Shown here: positions 10,520 to 20,486 of the stretch, one piece after another
How the letters are laid out: each line of letters opens with the position of its first letter
How positions within the stretch are numbered: position 1 is the stretch's first letter
NCBI GenBank assembly: GCA_965218095.1
Contig: OZ244587.1
Span: forward strand, 4,160,001 to 4,224,000
From: Candidatus Poribacteria bacterium
GTDB lineage: Bacteria; Poribacteria; WGA-4E; PCPOR2b
Direction of reading: 5' to 3'
DNA length: 64,000 bases
Position numbers and translations under genes: made by a program
Notes under the pieces: generated by a model
What the model saw: only the letters and a program-made list of their open reading frames with translations
Database searches by the model: none
What the model was told of the DNA's origin: nothing

Positions 10520-11485
10520 ATGAATTCACACGTCGTCGGTATTGACATCGGCGGGACAAAACTTGCTACTGTCGTTGCGGATAGAGACGGAAACATCCTG
10601 CAAAAAGTCCGCAAACCAACGGAGACGGGAAAGGGCCCTCAACACACTGTGCAGCTTCTACTCGAAATGGTTGATGCGGTTATCTGTTTGGCAAATTTGA
10701 AGCGCGAAGAAATCTCAGGAATCGGCGTGAGTTGTGATGGCCCCTTGGACACGAAAACGGGTGTTGTCTACTCCCCGCCGAACCTGCCGGGTTGGGATGC
10801 GCTGCCGTTGAAGGAAATGATTGAGGCGGAATTTCATATTCCGACGGTCATCGAAAACGATGCAAATGCGGGGGCGCTTGCGGAGTGGCGATTTGGCGGC
10901 GGACGCAGCCACGATTATGTCCTCTACATGACGATGAGCACCGGCATCGTCGTCAACGGGCAGATCTATCACGGCGCGAATGACAGCGCCGGAGAGGTCG
11001 GGCATCAGATTCTGCTGCCCAATGGCCCCCTTTGTGGTTGTGGCAAACGTGGGTGTCTGGAGGCGTTGTGCTCAGGACCTTCGATTGCACGTCGCACACA
11101 AGCGGCAATTAAAGATCAACCGAATACGAAGATTTTAGCACTTGCAGACGGACAGCTTGATCACGTCAGGTCAGAGCATGTGCTTGAAGCCGCACGAAAC
11201 GGTGATGCGCTGGCAATCTCCTTAATGGAGGGAACCGCCTACTACATGGGCTGGGGAATTGCGAACCTCGTCAATATTTTGAACCCCCAAATCGTTCTCA
11301 TCGGAACAATCGCGATTGCCGCCGGCGAGCTGCTGTTAAATCCAATCCGACGAACCGTCGCGCAGATGGCAATGCAGCGTCCCGCGGAGGCAGTCAAGAT
11401 TATGCCCGCGCAACTAGGAAAATTAGTAGGGGACCTCGCCGCAATCTCATTGGTTATTGGAGATAAATTGCCTCAACCAAACTAA
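10520..11485 (+). CDS. ROK-family sugar kinase (glucokinase-like)
   Basis: GIDIGGTK, ENDANAGALAE, GEVGH, CGCGKRGCLE. Confidence 0.92.
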   Translation: MNSHVVGIDIGGTKLATVVADRDGNILQKVRKPTETGKGPQHTVQLLLEMVDAVICLANLKREEISGIGVSCDGPLDTKTGVVYSPPNLPGWDALPLKEMIEAEFHIPTVIENDANAGALAEWRFGGGRSHDYVLYMTMSTGIVVNGQIYHGANDSAGEVGHQILLPNGPLCGCGKRGCLEALCSGPSIARRTQAAIKDQPNTKILALADGQLDHVRSEHVLEAARNGDALAISLMEGTAYYMGWGIANLVNILNPQIVLIGTIAIAAGELLLNPIRRTVAQMAMQRPAEAVKIMPAQLGKLVGDLAAISLVIGDKLPQPN

Positions 11486-11554
11486 GAAAATGAGTTCAGT
11501 GGTTCAGCAGTTCAAGCGAAATTTTGAACCAATGAATTTAAGGAGATTGAAATC

Positions 11555-12260
11555 ATGCCAGTTATTATCGAGGCACGAGAGGAATACCTGTTTCCAGGTA
11601 AAAACGGTCTGGAAACCTGTATTGTGCTCTCCGAAGAGTACGCAAGCATGTTTCCAAAGGGAAAACTTATGGAACGCGACAAAATCAAAGAGATTCTTCG
11701 ACAACTGAATGATGCAAGCATACCGTATGCAGTCATTAGTGGGATTGCGTATGCACACTATTGCCTGCCTTGTACGACACAGGATTTAGATCTCATTGTG
11801 TTGGCGGAAGATGCGGGAAAAGTACGTCGGATTTTTAGTTCTTACTACCAACGTGGGACAGCGATTGTTGGTGTTTACGATTACTAGGGGACACAGTTCG
11901 ATGTGCTGCCCGCATCACGGCGTTTGCAACGGTCTGTCGTAAGCAACGCAATCGATAACCAAATCGATGAACTGCTAGTAAAGGTCGCTCGCCTGCAAGA
12001 TTTGATTCTGCTCAAACTTATAGCTGCCCCGGTCCGTCATGAGATAGGGAAACGGAGGCAGGATCAGACAGATGTTGTCAGGCTCATTGAGTACAACCAC
12101 GAGCGAATTTCAGCAGAGGACATCGCTCGCATTTGTCAGACCTTACTTCAGCAGGTATACACACTCGAAGATCAAAATAAAATGCGTCAGATCATCCAAT
12201 GGCTCAATGAAACCTGGATGAACTCGAACTGTCAGATTTGAAATATCCGCTGTCCGATTA
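11555..12260 (+). pseudogene. Nucleotidyltransferase-fold protein (AbiEii/DUF6036-like), split by TAG at 11885 and a probable 3' frameshift
   Basis: YAVISGIA...TTQDLDLIV; LQDLILLKLIA...QDQTDV; ORFs 11555-11887 and 11903-12241 share a frame. Confidence 0.65.
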
Positions 12261-12277
12261 AAATGAGGAGATGATTC

Positions 12278-12838
12278 ATGGAACGCATTCAGAGATACAT
12301 TTCGCATCTACAAGGCGCCTTAGAACGCCTATCCCTAGCTGATGTTCGCAAATCAATTGACCTCGTGATGGAAGCCTATCAGGCGGATCGGCAAATTTTC
12401 GTCATCGGCAACGGCGGCAGTGCGTCTACCGCGTCGCATATCGCCAATGATCTGGGCAAGGGGACAAGCCTCCCCGGCAGAAAACGATTTCGCGTCATTA
12501 GCTTAACTGATAATATCTCAACAATGACTGCGTGGTCGAACGATGTCTGTTACCAGGATGTCTTTGTCGAGCAACTCAAAAACCTTGTCAATCCCGGCGA
12601 TCTTGTGATTGGCATCAGTGCCAGCGGTGCCTCCGAAAACGTGCTTCGAGCGATTCGGCATGCCAAAGCCATCGGGTGCAAAACCATCGGCTGGACGGGG
12701 TTCGGTGGCGGCAAGCTCGCTCGCTTAGCGGATGCCAGCGTCGTGGTAGACAGCCAGGAATACGGTCCTGTTGAAGATGTTCATCTTATCCTAAATCATG
12801 TTCTGTACGCGTGGATTTGGGAGGAGTTTGCGTCTTAG
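12278..12838 (+). CDS. SIS-domain phosphosugar isomerase (GmhA-like)
   Basis: IGNGGSASTASH, ISASGASENV, TGFGGG, VEDVH. Confidence 0.9.
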   Translation: MERIQRYISHLQGALERLSLADVRKSIDLVMEAYQADRQIFVIGNGGSASTASHIANDLGKGTSLPGRKRFRVISLTDNISTMTAWSNDVCYQDVFVEQLKNLVNPGDLVIGISASGASENVLRAIRHAKAIGCKTIGWTGFGGGKLARLADASVVVDSQEYGPVEDVHLILNHVLYAWIWEEFAS

Positions 12839-12886
12839 TTTTTAACCCCAATCGAAGATCGGGAGGCATTGCAGAAGGAGAAATTC

Positions 12887-14161
12887 ATGGAAATTCGTGG
12901 TATCCGCGAATCAGAATTAGAGGAGATGATCAATCTCCAATGCCTGGTGTTTCGACCGGACGGGCATGAACGGTACCGGCAATATGTGCGCAGAGATTCA
13001 AGTTATCGATATGACCAATCCCGCGTTGTGGTGGTGGACGGACGAATTGTTGCGACGCTCCGTGTATGGGAGCGCAGAATGCGTATCGGCTCTTGCATCG
13101 TGCGCATGGGTGGGATTGGGGGTGTAGGTACCCATCCGGACTATCGAGGCGTCGGTTATGCAACCGCGTTGATGAAGGACACGATTGCCTACATGCGGAC
13201 AGTGGGTTATGAGCTCGGCGTGCTGTTTTCGGCAATTCCGTGCGAATTTTATCGCAAGCTAGGGTGGGCGAGTGTGCCATTGGAAGGCTTTCGGGTGACG
13301 CGAAGACGGACAATCGAGCTGGGAGAAACCGCCTCCGATTCCCGCGATTTCGCGCAGTTTATCCTGATCCTTGGATCGGGGCTCAACTGGCAGGTTAAGC
13401 CTTTCGACGAAGGGCGAGATCTGGAGCAGGTCATCGCGCTTTACGACGCATGCAACGCCCAGCAGAGCGGATCGCTTGTGCGCACCCAATCTTACTGGGA
13501 CAGTGGTCCCGCCCGGATACGAAATATCCTGCCGACGGTGGTCGCCCGTCGGCAGGATACGCTGGGTGGGTATCTCAACTTTCAGATCGAAGGAAAAATC
13601 GCAAACGTCCTCGAAGTTGCAACTAATCAAGCAGATCCGGGGAGCTTAGTGGCGTTGGCTAACCAACTGCTTCAAGTGTGTGAAGGAGAAGGGGTCGAGG
13701 AGATCCACGGGGAGATTCCGCACCGTCACCCGCTGGTTGATCTGCTTGTCGAAGGCGGCGCAGGAGATCTCTTCTTAACAGGGAACTCATCCATGATGCT
13801 GTACGCCGTGAAGCTTCCGGCCCTGTTCCAACTGGTTTTGCCCGAGCTGCAATCGCGGCTCGATGCGTCCAATCAGAAATTCGCGCCCATTTCGATTTGC
13901 TTTGAGATCAACAATCAAGAAGCTGTGCTGCGCCTGCACGATGATGGCACGCTTCAGATCTTCAACACGGATGAGAACGCGATTCGTTTGACGCTGCCGG
14001 GTCCGTTTTTCTGGCAGGCATTACTCAGCGAGTCCAGTTGGCGCCAGCTTGAACCAACCTTACATGCACGAGGTATTTCCGTGACACCGGAGATTTCTAC
14101 ACTCCTGTCAATCTTGTTTCCACAGCAAGAGGTAATCTTCTGGAGTCCAGATCATTATTGA
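12887..14161 (+). CDS. Eis-like GNAT acetyltransferase with an apparent 18-aa insert
   Basis: GIGGVGTHPDYRGVGYATALM, FYRKLGW; multi-domain Eis length. Confidence 0.85.
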   Translation: MEIRGIRESELEEMINLQCLVFRPDGHERYRQYVRRDSSYRYDQSRVVVVDGRIVATLRVWERRMRIGSCIVRMGGIGGVGTHPDYRGVGYATALMKDTIAYMRTVGYELGVLFSAIPCEFYRKLGWASVPLEGFRVTRRRTIELGETASDSRDFAQFILILGSGLNWQVKPFDEGRDLEQVIALYDACNAQQSGSLVRTQSYWDSGPARIRNILPTVVARRQDTLGGYLNFQIEGKIANVLEVATNQADPGSLVALANQLLQVCEGEGVEEIHGEIPHRHPLVDLLVEGGAGDLFLTGNSSMMLYAVKLPALFQLVLPELQSRLDASNQKFAPISICFEINNQEAVLRLHDDGTLQIFNTDENAIRLTLPGPFFWQALLSESSWRQLEPTLHARGISVTPEISTLLSILFPQQEVIFWSPDHY

Positions 14162-14208
14162 TTCTCATTTTTGGGGGATAACATACGAAATTCACATGAG
14201 AGGAAAAC

Positions 14209-15000
14209 ATGAAAATTGGTGTTACGCAAATCATTCTCTCAAATATGTCACTCGACGATACACTTGGGTTGTGTCAAGAGGCAGGCTATGAGGCAGTCGA
14301 ATTGACCTTCAGAGACGGAAAAGATCTGAATGCGGACATGAGCACATCGGAAATCCAGGGCGTGGGTGGGAAGTGTGCGGCGGCGGGGATTGAAATCGGC
14401 AGTGTCATCGCCAGCTACGCCGATCGCGGAAACCTGCTCAGTCCAGACGCAGCGGAACGGGAGAGAGGCGTCAAATCCCTTGTCCATAACCTCGAAATCG
14501 CCGGCATACTCGGCGTGGGTGAAATCCTTTTGCATCCGGGACAGCTTACCGTTGACGGTACATATCAATCGGTTTGGGATAATCTCGTCGGTATCCTGAA
14601 GGAAGTTGCTCCGGTTGCTGCGTCTAACAAAGCCGCAATTGGCATCGAAAATGTCTGGAACAAATTTCTACTCAGCCCGAAAGAAATGCGCGAATTTGTC
14701 GATGCGGTTGGGAGCGAATGGGTTGGCGTCTACCTCGACACCGCCAATATGATGGCTTATGGATATCCTGAACATTGGATTCGTGAATTGGACAGCCGGA
14801 TTAAGCGCGTTCATTTTAAGGACTTCAATCGGCGGGAGCATCGGTTTGTCAATCTGCTCGATGGCGATACCGATTGGCCCACTGTCATGCGTGAACTCAG
14901 AGCCATCGGATATGACGGGCCTGTGATTCACGAAGTCGGCGGAGATCGCGCAACTCAAATTGATATTGCTGAACGGATGCGGAAGATTGTTGCCATGTGA
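14209..15000 (+). CDS. Sugar phosphate isomerase/epimerase (xylose isomerase-like TIM barrel)
   Basis: IENVWNKFLLSP, YLDTAN, VHFKDF, GDTDW. Confidence 0.9.
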   Translation: MKIGVTQIILSNMSLDDTLGLCQEAGYEAVELTFRDGKDLNADMSTSEIQGVGGKCAAAGIEIGSVIASYADRGNLLSPDAAERERGVKSLVHNLEIAGILGVGEILLHPGQLTVDGTYQSVWDNLVGILKEVAPVAASNKAAIGIENVWNKFLLSPKEMREFVDAVGSEWVGVYLDTANMMAYGYPEHWIRELDSRIKRVHFKDFNRREHRFVNLLDGDTDWPTVMRELRAIGYDGPVIHEVGGDRATQIDIAERMRKIVAM

Positions 15001-15058
15001 AACATGATGCGTAATACCAATTCTGATCCTTCCGAAGGTTTCGCATAAAAGAGGACAA

Positions 15059-16882
15059 TCAGTGAAATGTCACATAAACCGCTGTAATATTATCCAGTCC
15101 ACCTGCCTCATTCGCCAGGTTAATTAGGGCGCTGATCTTCTCCGTGTGTTCTAAGTTTTCGTCGCTAACACCCCGAAGAAGTTGGTCATCGTTGACCATG
15201 CCGTGCAGCCCATCACTACAGATCAACAAAGCGTGATCGGTTGACAACAAACGCATGAGACAATCTGGTTCCAACTCCCGCTCGATACCCAGCGTTTTAT
15301 AAATGATATGCCGCTGTGGGTGATTTGCTGCCTCCTCTGGTGTGAGTTCCCCCATCCGAACCAAATGGGCGACCAACGAGTGATCATCTGTCAGTTGTTC
15401 AATTTCCTCCCCATCGATCAGATAGGCACGTGAATCCCCAATATGTGCAACGTACGCTCGCTGATTGACCACCAAACAGAGCGTTGCTGTTGAGCCCATC
15501 TCATCCCCGCCAGCAGCATTAATAATTGCCGCATTTGCTTTTGTCAAAACATCGCAGACCCAACTTAGCCACTCCGAATCGGTTTTTCGATAAAAATCCG
15601 TGTCGCAAAGCATCTCGCCCCAACTTTTTTGGCAGGTTTCCACAACGATTCTGCTGGCAAGATCGCCCGCCTTCCCACCCCCCATGCCGTCAGCGACCAG
15701 GTAAAGTCCTGCAGGATTTTGTTCGGATTGCGTATAAACCACGGCTGACTGGGCAAAATACGCATCCTGGTTTTGCGCACGCAGTTGTCCAACATCACTC
15801 CCTGCACCCCATCGGTGGTGCTGCACAGCAAGTAGGGAGATTACTTCACTTTTGAAGGCTTCTACTGAATCCAAGCGGTGGGTCGGATCGGGATGCAGAC
15901 ATGTTAATAAAACGCGGTATAGCGTGGGCGGGAACGATACGATTGCACTACCCTCATTTGAGGGCGAGGTGTCATCCAGGGTGGGCGGGGCATAAGGCTT
16001 ACCAAACAGCAGTTGATAGCAGAGCGCGGCAAGCGCGTAAAGGTCCGACGAAACGCCAATCTCAGTCAGCCAATTTCGCTGCACCTCTGGGGCAGCGAAA
16101 TTTGCATCTGCCCACACCGCTTCGGCGTTGTCCGCTTCATCACGCTGTTCAGGTATCAGCGTTTCCATCGAATGTGCCAATTCGTAAACAAAGACGCGCC
16201 CTTCATCCGCATTCCATTGGACAGCGGAAAAATCGTTGAGCAGTATATGCACATCGTGCAGTTTCTGCAGGGTTTGGCACAGAGAGAGAATTGCGCGAAC
16301 AACTTCCCGCCAACTCGCAAAATGGATTACATACAAGGGCGCCATCGAACGTGGGGCAGTGCAGATAAAATAATACTGATTCTCCTGTTCAACCCGTTCA
16401 ACGAACGTTGTTACGGTAGGATAAGCTGTCCGTTTGAGTTTTGCTATTTCTGTCTCAAAAGTGTTTTGATCTCCCGCCCCTTCTTTGACAATAAATGTAT
16501 CGTCTTTAGATGAAGCAAGATAGACGTTGCAATCCCCCTGCGTGAGTAACTCTTCAACTCGATAGCGCTCATTAATCAGTGAACCGACCGGCAGCGGAGG
16601 CAGGCTACGTAGTGCTGCTTCATGCTCCGTCAACATGGCGCCGCATTCATCACAATACGCTGCCACCGACAGGTTCGATGACCCACAGGTGGGACAGGTC
16701 TGCTTTGTCCGAATTCTTCGGATGAGCACGGACTCTCGGAACGCAGTCGCCTGTTCTTCCGCGGGTTCTATCAAATCCTGAGTGTAGGTGTCTGTCCCTG
16801 GCAGTTCAATTACATCGCTTTTGTTGATGGCCGATTCTGCCTGCGCTTCATCTTCAGTTGTCGGAGAAATTGTTATGTTCAT
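15059..16882 (-). CDS. Zn-ribbon + degenerate Ser/Thr kinase-like domain + PP2C phosphatase fusion
   Basis: CPTCG...YCDECG; FIVKE, FAAPE, SDLYALA; PP2C NQDA, VADGMGG, HIGDSRAY, CSDGL, GGLDNIT. Confidence 0.85.
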   Translation of the reverse strand: MNITISPTTEDEAQAESAINKSDVIELPGTDTYTQDLIEPAEEQATAFRESVLIRRIRTKQTCPTCGSSNLSVAAYCDECGAMLTEHEAALRSLPPLPVGSLINERYRVEELLTQGDCNVYLASSKDDTFIVKEGAGDQNTFETEIAKLKRTAYPTVTTFVERVEQENQYYFICTAPRSMAPLYVIHFASWREVVRAILSLCQTLQKLHDVHILLNDFSAVQWNADEGRVFVYELAHSMETLIPEQRDEADNAEAVWADANFAAPEVQRNWLTEIGVSSDLYALAALCYQLLFGKPYAPPTLDDTSPSNEGSAIVSFPPTLYRVLLTCLHPDPTHRLDSVEAFKSEVISLLAVQHHRWGAGSDVGQLRAQNQDAYFAQSAVVYTQSEQNPAGLYLVADGMGGGKAGDLASRIVVETCQKSWGEMLCDTDFYRKTDSEWLSWVCDVLTKANAAIINAAGGDEMGSTATLCLVVNQRAYVAHIGDSRAYLIDGEEIEQLTDDHSLVAHLVRMGELTPEEAANHPQRHIIYKTLGIERELEPDCLMRLLSTDHALLICSDGLHGMVNDDQLLRGVSDENLEHTEKISALINLANEAGGLDNITAVYVTFH

Positions 16883-17044
16883 GAGGTTATTTCACGAAGG
16901 CATTGGGAAACCCATCCATAGCTCCCAAAGCGTAATCAATATTCCCGGTGGTCTCAAAGCTTTTGACGCCCTTCATTCCTTCATATCTCCTACGATTATA
17001 TCCAACATTTTACCATTTACACAAGGGTAAATCAATTTTTTCGG

Positions 17045-17932
17045 TTAATATCCCCACTGCTCATGCGCAACTTTTCGCTTCCGCAGGTTGAGCGAGACAT
17101 CATCGGAATATATTCCTGGGTCTGAATCCAATCCAGTCTCTCGATCCAGAAACAGGGGAAAATCCTCCTTCGGCGGCTTGGTGCGATCGTAGCCGTAGGA
17201 GTAGCTTCGCATGATTATCCGCTGTTCCCGGTTCAACGTTTTTAGCCATTCCGGATCTGACCCAATCCGATCCGCCTCACAGATCCAAGACGGGCAGTAG
17301 GCGAGGAAGATATTCTTCCGCACGACATCACTTTCGTTGGGTTCGACGCGGTGCCAAGTCCCACAATGTGCAATCGTTATCGTACCTTTGGGTAAGCAGA
17401 AGATCCTTTCCCCTGGTACACTTGTATGCTTCGTGTACGCTTCACAATATTGGGTTCGGTGACTCCCCGGCATGACGACGAGATTTCCCATTTTTTCATG
17501 CGGCAGATCGGTCAGCCAGTAGCCGATCTTGATTTGCATCGGCAGTTTTGGCGAAAACACACCGTAAGGCAACGCACGCGCACCATCGGGGTGCCACGCG
17601 TTGTGTGAACTGTCGTGTGGTCGGATGAAGAACTGAGAGATGTGGAGTTTGAGCAATTCACTGTAGATATCGTAGGCATAACCGACATGGCGTGGGTGGT
17701 CAATTAGTTCCGTAAAAACAGGATGTTTTTCTGCAATATTGCCCGGACCGTAGTATTTTCCTTCCGTGTAATTCGGATCCGCGGCAATACATTCATTAAT
17801 CGCGTTCAAGTAGCGATCGATTTCCTTCTGCGTTAAAGCGTTCTCAATGACGAGATATCCTTCCCGGTTGAACTGTTCCCACTGCGCTTTGGTGAAGCCT
17901 GGTGGGGCTTTTCGATAGGTTGGTGTTGACAT
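17045..17932 (-). CDS. Phytanoyl-CoA dioxygenase (PhyH) family protein
   Basis: FNREGYLVIENAL, WHPD, PGSH, WHRVEPN. Confidence 0.88.
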   Translation of the reverse strand: MSTPTYRKAPPGFTKAQWEQFNREGYLVIENALTQKEIDRYLNAINECIAADPNYTEGKYYGPGNIAEKHPVFTELIDHPRHVGYAYDIYSELLKLHISQFFIRPHDSSHNAWHPDGARALPYGVFSPKLPMQIKIGYWLTDLPHEKMGNLVVMPGSHRTQYCEAYTKHTSVPGERIFCLPKGTITIAHCGTWHRVEPNESDVVRKNIFLAYCPSWICEADRIGSDPEWLKTLNREQRIIMRSYSYGYDRTKPPKEDFPLFLDRETGLDSDPGIYSDDVSLNLRKRKVAHEQWGY

Positions 17933-18145
17933 GATATACTCCTTTCGCAATTAAGCCATCACATTAATTTTGACGATTTTATCAGTGAATCGTTATAGAA
18001 TAGTTTAGAGTCACTATCAATTTCCAGTAGTGAGAAAGCAGAGCACAAAACGCCTTTGACATGGAGAAAATGGTGTAAAAAAGGCTCTGAGCGAAGCAAG
18101 GTTCGCAATCCAAGGACATTAACATTGTCAAGCTAATTTTCTTTC

Positions 18146-18174
18146 TTGACGCAAAAAGTAAACTCTGATATGCT
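18146..18174 (+). promoter_or_regulatory. Sigma70-like promoter
   Basis: TTGACG-N17-TATGCT upstream of ATG at 18235. Confidence 0.5.
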
Positions 18175-18234
18175 AGTCTAGTTAAGAGCCTATCTAAAAA
18201 GCACCTCAGCTAACTTGTGGAAGGCAATCAAAAA

Positions 18235-18372
18235 ATGTCGAATAACACAAACTACCCAGTAGTACTTGCTGCAGGAATCGCCCGGTTTGATTTTTTAACC
18301 GCTTCCCTCTTCAGTCGGCTGAATTTTTTTCTCGCCGATTTTAGTTTTGCCTATGATAGATTTCACTATTAA
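18235..18372 (+). pseudogene. N-terminal fragment of a lipase/alpha-beta hydrolase
   Basis: MSNNTNYPVVLAAGIARFD...DRFHY* resembles the YPxVLxHG start of lipases; truncated. Confidence 0.5.
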
Positions 18373-18393
18373 CCTTTGGTGCTAGTTGGTGAG

Positions 18394-18431
18394 GAGGTAG
18401 TTTCCACAAGGGGAGGTAGTTTCCACAAGGG
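18394..18431 (+). repeat. 19-bp tandem duplication GAGGTAGTTTCCACAAGGG x2
   Basis: Read directly. Confidence 0.8.
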
Positions 18432-18502
18432 TTGTAGAATTTACATATTCGACCTCGCAAAGAATAGATCGTTGCTATGACTGGATCTTTGGTTTCAAAC
18501 TA

Positions 18503-19338
18503 GGTTCTGTTGACATTTCAAGGGAGCCATATAAGAGTGGCGACAAAGCTGAGAAATCCAAAATAACGGACAGCTAGCTTCTCAAACCGAGAGAAGATAC
18601 GACGATACCATTTTATCTTGTTGATGAAACATTCAACCCGATGTCTCTCTTTGTATAAGCGTTTGTCATACGTTCTTTGGTCAACACGATGACTTTTTGG
18701 CGGTATCACCGCAATCGCTCCATTCGCCTCAATAACCGCGATAAAAGCGTCCGAATCGTACCCCTTGTCTCCAATCACATATTCACTATTGTATCCGATT
18801 ATCAACCCTTCCGCCTCAGTTATGTCATGTCTCTGACCGGGGATCAGATGAATTCTTAGCGGATTGCCTAGTCCGTTAACTGTGATGTGATTTTTTGTAC
18901 TGAAACCGCCCCGAGACCGACCTAATGCTTGGTTTTCAGTGCCACCGTTTTTTTTAAGGCGCCAGCTTTTTAAGGCGCCCGCCGCAGACGGGTGAGCGCG
19001 GCAGATGGTACTGTCCACAATAAGCGACTCGATATCGGGGTCAGAGGCGAAGTGGTGGTGCATCTGTGTGAAGATACCTTTGTCGCACCATCGAGCAAAC
19101 CGCTTGTAGCGGGTGTTCGATTTGCCATAGGTGTCTGGTAGAAGTCTCCATTGAGCCCCGCTACGAGTCACCCACAGGACAGCTTCGACGAAGCAGCGTG
19201 TAGCAGCTTCGTCGCCAACATAGATGGTGGGACAGCTTAGAAGAAACCGGTATATCTTATTCCATTGTTCATCGGGTAAGGTTATTGGCATCATTCTTCT
19301 ATTATGCCACAACCTTATACTCAAATGTCAACAGAACC
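18503..19338 (-). mobile_element. IS5-family (IS427-like) element, copy 1; single in-frame transposase ORF 18518-19324
   Basis: 16-bp IR GGTTCTGTTGACATTT; CTAG target with TA duplication; VDST, GRSRGGFSTK, GDKGYD, YKERHRVECFINKIK. Confidence 0.93.
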
Positions 19339-19385
19339 TAGCACCATTAATTATAATCCTAACTATCCAAAAGAGGGAATGAACG

Positions 19386-20333
19386 ATGGGTATATTGCGA
19401 TCCACCCGAGATGAAGATCTCACCCAATTAAGCGAGTCTGCTACGCGAGACTGCAAGCACCTGCTTGATGATGTCTTCCGCCGCAGTCGTGGCGTGACCG
19501 ACCAGCATATCTTCACGGACTTTCCACTGGTGTTTGCGCCCGCGAATCACCGCAACTGTCGCATCATGGTCGAAGATGGGATGGTTGTTAGCCACGCAGC
19601 ACTATGGGAGCGCGAGTTGGTGGTAGACGATGCGCGGCTGAAAGTCGGCGAGATTGTCGTCGTTGCCACGCACCCCGATTACCGCCTGCGCGGCTATGCC
19701 GCTTCGTTGATGCGCGACTTGCAGGCGACAATGCACGATGAGAATTACGACATGGGCATCCTGTGGACGGGCGTGCCTGATTTCTACCGTAAACAGGACT
19801 AGGAAGTTGTCACACCGCGCGGGTGGGTTGTCGAAATGGATGGCGTCCAATTGCCGAGGGGGGAAGATGTTATCAGCCGTTATGACGAGGTGTGGCACTT
19901 AGATGGGGTCATTGCTCTCCACGAGCAAGAGCCGGTCAGATTTTCACGAAGTCAAGACGAAGCCGTGGCGCTACTTGCTTTGCCAAAGATAGACGTTTGG
20001 GTGACTACCCACAACGGAGAAATTGTCGCGTATCTGGTTCGTGGTGAAGCGGTGAACAAACGCGGCATCATCGAGTATAGCGGCGAGGTAAACAGCATCC
20101 TCGCACTCATTGCCCACGTTCTCAAACAGCAACCATCAACCGCCAATACACGTCTCCTCGCTTATCACATCCGCCCAGATCTCATTGCGCGACTCCGTGC
20201 GTTAGGCGCAAGAATGCGACCGCTCGCAGGCTCAAAGGGTGATGGCAGCGAGATGATTTACGTTGTCAATCCCTCGCGGGTGACACCGCACGTGCGTGAG
20301 CAATTATTTGTCTGGGGATTAGACCACGCCTAG
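19386..20333 (+). pseudogene. GNAT acetyltransferase (Eis-like), split by in-frame TAG at 19800
   Basis: VATHPDYRLRGYAASLM, FYRKQD*EVV; ORFs 19386-19802 and 19836-20333 share a frame. Confidence 0.75.
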
Positions 20334-20359
20334 AATTCATTTCGATTGTAAAACAGGAC

Positions 20360-20388
20360 TTGACACTAACACACTTGTACGGCAAAAT
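20360..20388 (+). promoter_or_regulatory. Sigma70-like promoter upstream of the methyltransferase
   Basis: TTGACA-N17-CAAAAT. Confidence 0.45.
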
Positions 20389-20486
20389 GGCAAATCAAAA
20401 AACGTAAAGCCGTAAAACGTTTCAACCCAATTCGATAAAAGCCACCGTTGCCTTCATGTTTGGCAATAGATACAGGAGTCCATAGA

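Noticed and set aside
8387-19802. Genetic code reassignment of TAG
   Set aside because: Expected residues differ between sites and TAG terminates many intact genes (12838, 20333, 30508, 52730, 59490)
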